In this document: positions 47,955 to 55,265 of the stretch, one piece after another
Layout of the letters: every line of letters starts with the position of its first letter
How positions within the stretch are numbered: position 1 is the first letter of the stretch
IMG/VR virus record: IMGVR_UViG_3300042275_000095
Location: 1-64,000 of that record
Direction: 5' to 3' (one strand)
Source: a virus
Taxonomy: Duplodnaviria > Caudoviricetes
DNA: 64,000 bases
Made by a program: the position numbers and the translations under genes
The notes under the pieces: model-generated
The model's input: the letters and a program-made list of their open reading frames with translations, nothing else
The model's database searches: none
What the model was told of the DNA's origin: nothing

Positions 47955-47970
47955 ATTTGTAATTAATTGA

Positions 47971-48414
47971 TTACTGATTATATAAATTTACTAGTTTTTC
48001 TAATCTAGCTACAAATAGCAATTTGTTAAAATTAGATGGATTATCTCGTTCCAATGTTATCATTGCAATACTTATTTCACGTATTGGTGAAAGTATAATT
48101 TTCATTATATACGTTTCTGATAGGTCACGTTTCATACTAACTTTTAATACTTCACCATCTAAGACTTTAGTAATTTCAATACTATCATCTAATTTAGTAA
48201 TATTATCTATAATTACTTTTTCTTTTTCTTCACGAATTTCATCTTTTAATCCAAATAATAGAATAAAATCCACTAAACGATCTTTTGGTAATTCCACATC
48301 TTTTAAATATGTATTTACTTTTTCTATCATTACCCCCATTTCAAGTGTTTCATTTACTTTAGTGTCGTCTCCTTCGTTATTAATAGTTGGGTTGTTTTTA
48401 GCTTCTTTTTCCAT
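47971..48414 (-). CDS. Hypothetical protein
   Basis: 147-aa ORF. Confidence 0.7.
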   Translation of the reverse strand: MEKEAKNNPTINNEGDDTKVNETLEMGVMIEKVNTYLKDVELPKDRLVDFILLFGLKDEIREEKEKVIIDNITKLDDSIEITKVLDGEVLKVSMKRDLSETYIMKIILSPIREISIAMITLERDNPSNFNKLLFVARLEKLVNLYNQ

Positions 48415-48457
48415 GTTTTTAATTTTAAAATAATTTATAATTTAATTAATTAGTATA

Positions 48458-48955
48458 TTACCACCATTTAATTGCAGCTATGATTGATTCTTTTCCAATC
48501 AACTTTAATGCTGTTTCAGCTAACTGTTCACTTTTAAATGCCACCTCTGTAGTTAAAAATGAAACATTTTGTGATACAATAACCACATCATCTAAAGCAT
48601 TCAATGCAAATACATAACACATTTTATCTACATCAGGTTCCCAATTACCATTTAGATATTTTGCTACATTACGTAGATGATTGATACATTTTAATGAGAC
48701 AGCTTGTTTCATAGTAAAACAATTAGTCATATTTGTTATCTCTGACTTGGTATTTACACTATAAGGTAATATTTCACCATGTACATTAATACGATAAGGT
48801 GTATTAGCACGAACTAATTTATTATACACGCTGTACGTATCTAATTTGATTTCTTTTTTGATTATATCTACATTAATGGTAGGATGATAATTAATTATCA
48901 CCTTTACATTAGTATGGTCGTCAGTTAAGTCTACATTATATGTTTTTGTTTTCAT
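48458..48955 (-). CDS. Hypothetical protein, paralog of 41175-41690
   Basis: LRNVAKYLNGNW, VAFKSEQLA..A..LIG. Confidence 0.75.
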   Translation of the reverse strand: MKTKTYNVDLTDDHTNVKVIINYHPTINVDIIKKEIKLDTYSVYNKLVRANTPYRINVHGEILPYSVNTKSEITNMTNCFTMKQAVSLKCINHLRNVAKYLNGNWEPDVDKMCYVFALNALDDVVIVSQNVSFLTTEVAFKSEQLAETALKLIGKESIIAAIKWW

Positions 48956-48971
48956 ATTAATTTCTCCTATG

Positions 48972-49193
48972 TTAAACGGTTGTATAAAATGGTTGAATAT
49001 TGTCTTTTATATTGTTGAAGTCGTAAATGCGTTCAACATTTGTACTGTTAATCTTATTTACTTGTTCAAGGTTATCACTTATAACACCTACTCTAGCTTT
49101 TACAAAAGCGATTGTTGCTATTGATTTGTAAGGTGCATTGACCATATAATATGGTAATCCTTTGAGTTTGAATATTGGTGTAGTGGCTGGCAT
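48972..49193 (-). CDS. Hypothetical protein
   Basis: 73-aa ORF. Confidence 0.6.
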   Translation of the reverse strand: MPATTPIFKLKGLPYYMVNAPYKSIATIAFVKARVGVISDNLEQVNKINSTNVERIYDFNNIKDNIQPFYTTV

Positions 49194-49207
49194 ATTTCAA
49201 GTATTGG

Positions 49208-49477
49208 TTATAAATCCTTTAACTCTTTTTCACGTTTATCAATCATTAATGTTATCCGTTCTAGCATTGCACGTTTAGCGACTCCGGCAATTTCACCTTC
49301 AAGGTTGTTACTATTATGAATATAACGTAAATCCTTCATATAAGATATAGGAAGATTATTTATATTACCTATTCCTATACAAGTGTGACTGTCATCTTCT
49401 AATATACTTCGTAATTTAGTTAGATGTTTTAACTCTTCATTGAGTTTTATTATTTTGTTAATCTTCTCTATTTCCAT
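49208..49477 (-). CDS. Hypothetical protein
   Basis: 89-aa ORF. Confidence 0.7.
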   Translation of the reverse strand: MEIEKINKIIKLNEELKHLTKLRSILEDDSHTCIGIGNINNLPISYMKDLRYIHNSNNLEGEIAGVAKRAMLERITLMIDKREKELKDL

Positions 49478-49517
49478 ATGTTATTTATTAATCAAATATT
49501 AAGTGAATTAATTAAAC

Positions 49518-49607
49518 TGTGGCTAAAGTGTACCTAAGAGCTGAACCTACGGGTCTTTCAGGGTTACTCGTTTGCACACAGTACTGTTAACCCTTGTTCC
49601 TGCCACA
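49518..49607 (-). ncRNA. Putative structured intergenic RNA
   Basis: Closing stem TGTGGC/GCCACA, internal AGGGTTA/TAACCCT, GC-rich relative to the genome. Confidence 0.45.
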
Positions 49608-49618
49608 TATAATAACTA

Positions 49619-49804
49619 TCATTCTGCTATCCATCTACCATCATAGTAGTATTTAACACTTCTACCAGCAGGATGAAAGTTTAAGGTTACAATGTTGTTT
49701 TTGAAATCACGATGTACTCTACAGTACTGTGCACCAGTGAATGCAATGTGATTTAATACTTTAGCTTTGAGCCAATATTTGGGTAATGGGTATTTATATT
49801 TCAT
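49619..49804 (-). CDS. Hypothetical protein
   Basis: 61-aa ORF. Confidence 0.65.
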   Translation of the reverse strand: MKYKYPLPKYWLKAKVLNHIAFTGAQYCRVHRDFKNNIVTLNFHPAGRSVKYYYDGRWIAE

Positions 49805-49822
49805 ATTGATTGGTTTTGGTAA

Positions 49823-50020
49823 TTATTGAATTATTGCTTTGAATGACACTGGTTTAATTACATGTGTTAATGTTGAACAATCATCAACCATTTCATAGAT
49901 ATAGATGAATTTATCATCAAACATTAAACTAGCATGATTTTCTATATCAAGTGTAGTTTGCTGTTCACGACTATCTGTAGTCATTCTATATGTTATTCTA
50001 CTTGCTACTAGTTGTTCCAT
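49823..50020 (-). CDS. Hypothetical protein, paralog of 50663-50863
   Basis: IY.YE......L...IKP.S(F/Y)K shared. Confidence 0.7.
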   Translation of the reverse strand: MEQLVASRITYRMTTDSREQQTTLDIENHASLMFDDKFIYIYEMVDDCSTLTHVIKPVSFKAIIQ

Positions 50021-50055
50021 GTTGTAATCTCCTCTATTTGTGTATTATTTAACAG

Positions 50056-50307
50056 TTAAGCTTTATGCCACATTACAATTAATCCTTTTCTTATCAACCT
50101 ACTTTCAACAATATTTTTCTCTTTAATATCATATGAATCAATAAACTTTTCTAAATCCTCCATTGATTTGAACTCATTATAATATAGATGAGTAGATTGT
50201 TCTGCGTACTCTTTCATTGCAGGTAATATCACATTATCTACAAATGATTGGTTAATAATTGTATTTGGTTCTTCTTGTTCCCAGTACTTATATAATATCT
50301 TTTCCAT
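50056..50307 (-). CDS. Hypothetical protein
   Basis: 83 aa with the AMKEYAEQ motif seen in small Bacteroidota phage proteins. Confidence 0.7.
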   Translation of the reverse strand: MEKILYKYWEQEEPNTIINQSFVDNVILPAMKEYAEQSTHLYYNEFKSMEDLEKFIDSYDIKEKNIVESRLIRKGLIVMWHKA

Positions 50308-50310
50308 ACT

Positions 50311-50556
50311 TTACAGATTAAATAACTTAGTTAGTTTAGACTTCAATTCATCATCTAAATACGTAATATAATTTTGTATATCATCATTTGCCTTTTGTGG
50401 GGCATCAGTTTTATTGATAAGTGTGTGTGATACTATATATTGAATATATTCATTTCTGAATTGTTTTGCATCTTTTACAGTACTAATTGTCTTTAATGCA
50501 TGTAAAACATCTGGCAATGTTATAAATGGTTTGTTGTTAGGATTTAATATACTCAT
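50311..50556 (-). CDS. Hypothetical protein
   Basis: 81-aa ORF. Confidence 0.7.
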   Translation of the reverse strand: MSILNPNNKPFITLPDVLHALKTISTVKDAKQFRNEYIQYIVSHTLINKTDAPQKANDDIQNYITYLDDELKSKLTKLFNL

Positions 50557-50662
50557 GATAGCTTATTTATAATGTTAGAATATTATATAACAATTGTACT
50601 ACCTAATGTTACACACAATATTATTAATATCATAATTAATGGTAGTATTGTTAATTTGATAA

Positions 50663-50863
50663 TTATTTATAAACAATCTTATAAGATAACGGTTTAATTT
50701 CTTGTTTCAATTTTAAGATTCCATTATGTCGTTCATAACAATATATTGTACCATTATTAATTGTGATTTTGGAATACTCAGCTGCTCTTACTAATTCAGC
50801 TTTAGTTGTTAAACTTACGTAATATCTTATAAATTTTATTTCAGGTTTTAATGGGCTTTCCAT
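50663..50863 (-). CDS. Hypothetical protein, paralog of 49823-50020
   Basis: IYCYE...LKQEIKPLSYK. Confidence 0.7.
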   Translation of the reverse strand: MESPLKPEIKFIRYYVSLTTKAELVRAAEYSKITINNGTIYCYERHNGILKLKQEIKPLSYKIVYK

Positions 50864-51240
50864 AATTATTAGTTTTAATTGATAGTTAGAGTAATTTCTT
50901 TAGTGGTTAGGTTTGATAGCTTTAGATTAGAAAGTTGATAGGTGAGGTTGGAATTAATTTGAAAATATTTGATAATAGTTGTGAGGGTTGATAGATAGTA
51001 GTATGGTGGTGAATGTGTGAGATTAGTAGGAGCTGGGTGCTGCACCCTTCCAATACACACTCAATATATCTAATCTCATCTCTTAATATAGTAAAAAGCT
51101 ACAAACAACTACATCAAGATAACTATATCTTAAACACATTTCAATATAGTCATACCACATTCACCATTTTACTGCTTAAACTAAATCATCACAAAAGACT
51201 AAAACAGTCCATACTACTAGAACATCTTATAAATCAGCTA
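50864..51240. other. Non-coding skew-inversion element centred on a palindrome (candidate origin or termination zone)
   Basis: Plus strand is C-free over 50921-51032, then GGGTGC-T-GCACCC (51035-51047), then G-poor sequence. Confidence 0.55.
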
Positions 51241-51305
51241 TTTGTTTATGCTGTATTCAATAAAAAAGGTAATATCATAGGCTATTTGTTGATGTGCAAT
51301 TAATC

Positions 51306-51340
51306 AAAAGGGTGAGCGATGCTAGTTAACATCACTCACC
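51306..51340 (-). terminator. Intrinsic terminator
   Basis: GGTGAGCGATG/CATCACTCACC stem with a U-tract on the minus strand. Confidence 0.7.
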
Positions 51341-51367
51341 TAATAGCAATATGAATTAATTAATCAA

Positions 51368-52240
51368 TTAGTCTTCTATCTTGCTTTCTGCATCAGCAAG
51401 TTGAGACTTAAAGGTCTTTAGCTCTTCATTTAGAGTTCCAATCTTCTCTTCGGCAGTCTTAGCTTTAGCAGGTGTTAACTTACCGCTATCAAGTTGTGCC
51501 TGAGTACTATCAATTAAAGCATTGTGTTCTGCTATTGCATTCTTGAGCTTGTTAATCTCAATACGTGCAGCCTTCTCTTCATCACTGGTACGAAGATCAG
51601 GTATAGCAGTACGTGCTTGCTGTTGCTTTAATTGCATAGCTTCAATCTTACGCATATTAGCTTCAGCTTTGGCTTTAGAGTCATCACTGAGCATGATACG
51701 TCTGACATAGTTAGGCAATGTGAATGGCATAAGAGGCGAAACCTCATAGCTCAATTTAACATCGCCAATGTCATAGCGTCCGTCCTCACTTGGAGAAATC
51801 ACAAATGGATCTCCGCCTTTACGCTGATAGGTATTACCTACAATGCGTTGTACTGCCAGAACTTTCAAGAATGCACAATCGTATGAACCATCGTCTTTGA
51901 TTTCAGCGGCAGTATACATAGGTATCATCTCCTCAGCTATTTGATAGTCTTGAGGAATACGAGCTATGTGAAAGTCATAAAGTGATAGTGAACCTATCTC
52001 TTTAAGTCTGTCAGGCATCAATGAATGGTCATGAAGCAATACAGCCGAGTGGGTAATATCAGCTTTACCATTTTTAGATGTCCGTATCTTAGTGTCATAT
52101 TTATCACTAATGATACGATCTAATTGAATACCTTCAATCGGCACCTTAATGGCAGTTATTGCTTCTGCATAAGGATACTCTTCGCCTGCTAATCTTTCCA
52201 TCAGTTTAGTGTCCTGAATAGACATGTTTACGTTTGCCAT
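51368..52240 (-). CDS. Early protein with a C-terminal coiled coil
   Basis: 290-aa ORF, visibly more GC-rich than the rest; monocistronic between terminators. Confidence 0.8.
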   Translation of the reverse strand: MANVNMSIQDTKLMERLAGEEYPYAEAITAIKVPIEGIQLDRIISDKYDTKIRTSKNGKADITHSAVLLHDHSLMPDRLKEIGSLSLYDFHIARIPQDYQIAEEMIPMYTAAEIKDDGSYDCAFLKVLAVQRIVGNTYQRKGGDPFVISPSEDGRYDIGDVKLSYEVSPLMPFTLPNYVRRIMLSDDSKAKAEANMRKIEAMQLKQQQARTAIPDLRTSDEEKAARIEINKLKNAIAEHNALIDSTQAQLDSGKLTPAKAKTAEEKIGTLNEELKTFKSQLADAESKIED

Positions 52241-52357
52241 AATTTTAATTATTTTAATTATTAAACTGTGTATTACTTCAAAGTTGTAAGCAATTTGACT
52301 AAGTGCGCTAACTGTCCACCAATTCAGCGCAGCTATTTGTATTTGTGTCGATGCTTT

Positions 52358-52385
52358 AAAAAAACTCCCTAACTTAATAGGGAGT
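52358..52385 (-). terminator. Intrinsic terminator
   Basis: ACTCCCTA/TAGGGAGT stem followed by a U-tract on the minus strand. Confidence 0.8.
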
Positions 52386-52392
52386 CTTAATG

Positions 52393-52989
52393 TTAAAGTG
52401 ACCTTAACTGTTTACCAGTTCTTTTGATTACAGTTTGCACACTTTCAGTACTACTCAATGTTCTAGCCAACATTGCCATATCAAAATCAATATTGAACGG
52501 TTGACCATAATATACATTGTAACTTAATGTACCTTGTTTAGCAGTCCTCTTGTTTACCTTAGTAGCGTCTTGAATAGTGCTATACTTCTTACCTACAGTA
52601 TATCTCTTAATATAGATATTCATTAAGAGATCTGGACCAGATTGCAGACCTTTTCTCAATATTAAATCGAGAGTGTCTACATCATCACAGTAAGATAGCT
52701 TGGCAAACTTCTCCATTTCATCAATAGAGACTTTAACAGCTACTATACTATACTTACTACCATTGATATCACATGTTCCATTAATATCAGGATTCATAAA
52801 ATTGATAATGTAGCCGCTTCCATCACTCATTTTACTTATAATCTTTGCACCAGTATCAACTAATAAAACTGGGAAGATTTCAATTGAGTCCACAGCAGGC
52901 ACTTCACGATCATCAATGTAAAGTTTAGTAAGTTCTGCTTCTTTTGCTTTTAACATGTTTGATAACATGTTCATTTCTGAATCTTTCAT
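52393..52989 (-). CDS. Early hypothetical protein
   Basis: 198-aa ORF. Confidence 0.75.
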   Translation of the reverse strand: MKDSEMNMLSNMLKAKEAELTKLYIDDREVPAVDSIEIFPVLLVDTGAKIISKMSDGSGYIINFMNPDINGTCDINGSKYSIVAVKVSIDEMEKFAKLSYCDDVDTLDLILRKGLQSGPDLLMNIYIKRYTVGKKYSTIQDATKVNKRTAKQGTLSYNVYYGQPFNIDFDMAMLARTLSSTESVQTVIKRTGKQLRSL

Positions 52990-53034
52990 ATTGCTATTTA
53001 TTTAAATGATTAACTATCGTTCGTCGATAGTCTT

Positions 53035-53080
53035 TGCGGACAGAGAGGAATCGAACCTCTCTATACACCATGTGTCCTAC
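53035..53080 (-). ncRNA. Anticodon-less tRNA-like element 1
   Basis: GUAGGACA-CAUGGUGUAUA-GAGAGG UUCGAUU CCUCUC-UGUCCGCA: canonical T-loop plus an acceptor-like stem. Confidence 0.7.
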
Positions 53081-53511
53081 TCAGTACGATGTAACACAGA
53101 ACCTATACCTATCACAATAAACCCTATTGCTAATGATATAAATCCTTCTTTGAATGATTGCATTGGATTATCACCTCTAATAAACCACATTACTATCACT
53201 AGTTTTAATAGTGACATCAGCGATATTGTACTTCCAGCTACTAATAATGAGACACTTATGATATCACGTCGTCGGGATTTAATGTATCTCGCATAATGAT
53301 AATAAAATAACTCATCTAGACTTTCACGCCTTTCATAATTAGCATTAGCTATCTCACATGCACCATCAAAACCCCAAGTCTCAACTTTTTCTTTAAGACT
53401 GATAGGTAATGATTTATATGTATCAGGTGTGATAAATAAATCATCTAACATGTGAAATGTCTCAGCTGCGAGATACATTCTAAAGTTATAGGTCATCTTA
53501 AACTTAGGCAT
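53077..53511 (-). CDS. Early membrane protein (two TM helices)
   Basis: 144 aa with two hydrophobic C-terminal helices. Confidence 0.7.
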   Translation of the reverse strand: MPKFKMTYNFRMYLAAETFHMLDDLFITPDTYKSLPISLKEKVETWGFDGACEIANANYERRESLDELFYYHYARYIKSRRRDIISVSLLVAGSTISLMSLLKLVIVMWFIRGDNPMQSFKEGFISLAIGFIVIGIGSVLHRTE

Positions 53512-53821
53512 TGCTACCTCCTTTCATAATAAATTTATGAATAGATGTAAACTCTACATTATTAAGGTCATTTAAGACCTTTGCAGAACCAGGTTGACCC
53601 ATATCACAAATTACAATGTCCAACACTGTAGGTCTACTAACCAATGTACATATGACTTCTGTTGGATTAAACCTTAATAAGGTCATGTATCCAATTTCAC
53701 CAACATATGCACGGGCTGTCAATCTACCTTGTGCGTCCAATGCAATTAATTTGTGATACATCTTTCTTGAGATTGTTTCATTTTTGCGGATTAATAATCC
53801 TGCTTTTTCTAATTCTTTCAT
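53504..53821 (-). CDS. Early hypothetical protein
   Basis: 105-aa ORF. Confidence 0.7.
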   Translation of the reverse strand: MKELEKAGLLIRKNETISRKMYHKLIALDAQGRLTARAYVGEIGYMTLLRFNPTEVICTLVSRPTVLDIVICDMGQPGSAKVLNDLNNVEFTSIHKFIMKGGSNA

Positions 53822-53991
53822 AGCTTTTTGTTTTGTGTAACTGTTGCTATTAGTTACGATTATAGTTAGTTGTAATTACTACTCTGCAAATATTAGCCAC
53901 ATACAATAGGTTGTACATATTTACAGAGTTATTATCTCTAATCCTTATTATAATGGATGAGTTTATAGACTACTGAGATTACGCAGTCTTA

Positions 53992-54040
53992 GTGCCTAGT
54001 CGAGAATCGAACTCGAATATACTATCCATAGCTAGGCTAC
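53992..54040 (-). ncRNA. Anticodon-less tRNA-like element 2
   Basis: GUAGCCUAG-CUAUGGAUAGUAUAU-UCGAG UUCGAUU CUCGA-CUAGGCAC. Confidence 0.7.
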
Positions 54041-54229
54041 CTTTGTACCATTAACTACTATACCCTAATGGTTTGGGTAAGCACGGTTAATATAGACCAC
54101 GTGCTATTCTATACTATCTTATGTGGTTGGGATAGTACCAATTACTACTATATTATCACCTGTAGTAGCTTCAGGGATACTGTTCTTTGTCTAACTTGGG
54201 GAACTAGCTAAGACCCAATCTCACAGCTA

Positions 54230-54478
54230 TTACAAATAGTACCATGTAGTACTATTGGCATCACACTGTAATGGTCTATTACCTTGTAACTCAAAGTCAT
54301 CAGGTAATTCCAAACGTGTGTTCCAATATGTACCATCAGTAGCACCATCCATATAGCGTGTGTCTGTAGTATATCCTACATATGCATCCTCAGATACACT
54401 CTCAGGATCATTAGGATAAAATGTACTACTACCATCACGCCATTCTGTGAGGTTACCGAATATATACATACGGTACAT
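54230..54478 (-). CDS. First gene of the minus-strand block; small acidic/aromatic protein
   Basis: 82-aa ORF. Confidence 0.55.
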   Translation of the reverse strand: MYRMYIFGNLTEWRDGSSTFYPNDPESVSEDAYVGYTTDTRYMDGATDGTYWNTRLELPDDFELQGNRPLQCDANSTTWYYL

Positions 54479-54662
54479 TTACTGTGCTATCAACTACTAG
54501 TCCTTGATAACGTAGGACTGTGTCACTTGACACTTACCAATAAATAAATAAAATAATTATTCATTTATTGGTAATTAAATGTAAATGAAGGGCTACCCTT
54601 GGTAGGGGGTACTCCACTTACAACAATTTGTACCCGTCGCTGATATAGGTGGGTCACGCTAG

Positions 54663-54897
54663 AACACCCTCACTCTATTTTCACATCTTCCAAACTATCC
54701 TAAACTCTAATATATTTTACTATCATCTCCTTCTAATCCAACTAACCAATATTATCTCTAATCTCTAATCTACTCCACTTAACAATTAATCAATCTCACC
54801 TTATCTCTACCAAATTAAATACTCTACCTTTCTAACTATTAAATAACTAATCAACCCCCTACCCCCTACTACCCTACTTTAATATAATATATAATAA
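54663..54897 (+). other. 235-nt guanine-free tract in the divergent intergenic region
   Basis: No G on the plus strand between 54663 and 54897; ends with CCCCCTACCCCCTACTACCC. Confidence 0.85.
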
Positions 54898-54946
54898 GTA
54901 CCGGTCATTTAATATTGTAAATAACTAGCAAGCGTTAGCTAATAAA

Positions 54947-54970
54947 GTGCATCTCTTTCTCCTTTAGGGA
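54947..54970 (-). repeat. Dispersed 24-bp motif, copy 7
   Basis: TCCC TAAA GG AGAAAGA GATGCAC, followed by TTT as in copy 3. Confidence 0.85.
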
Positions 54971-55070
54971 GATAGCCAAATACTCTAAAGTAATTACTCT
55001 TGTTAACTATTAACTCTAATATACTAATCTATATCTCTAAATAAATATTTAAAATAATATATTGTCTAGC

Positions 55071-55101
55071 TTGATTTTGTCAAAATTTTAGTATAACTTT
55101 A
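55071..55101 (+). promoter_or_regulatory. Bacteroidota-type promoter for the late block
   Basis: TTG-N20-TAACTTTA; same architecture as the promoters at 32748-32779 and 56102-56132. Confidence 0.55.
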
Positions 55102-55110
55102 TCCACTGAA

Positions 55111-55176
55111 GTAAGTTAGTAATAAATCACAGGTAACTAATAAGTAAATTAGTAATAATCCACAGATAACTAATAA
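55111..55176 (+). repeat. Two 33-bp imperfect direct repeats
   Basis: gtaagttagtaataaatcacaggtaactaataa / gtaaattagtaataatccacagataactaataa. Confidence 0.85.
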
Positions 55177-55265
55177 GACTTACAATTTTAGAAAGTTTTT
55201 TAATTTTTTTAAATTACTATAAATTAATTACTAATAAAATAAGTTATAAATTAAATTAATTTAAA

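Noticed and set aside
50875-51303. ORFs 50875-51060(-) and 51013-51303(+)
   Set aside because: They arise from the G-poor/C-poor skew tracts, which deplete stop codons, and they overlap each other divergently.
31352-53296. Plus-strand ORFs overlapping the minus-strand genes (e.g. 32406-32750, 45863-46219, 48023-48433, 53006-53296)
   Set aside because: Antisense shadows with no motifs; 53006-53296 also overlies mini-tRNA 1.
53035-54040. Canonical tRNA genes
   Set aside because: Only 46-49 nt long with no anticodon arm; reported as tRNA-like elements instead.
54855-54875. Canonical G-quadruplex on the minus strand
   Set aside because: Only three G-runs of three or more; not enough for a standard intramolecular three-tier G4.
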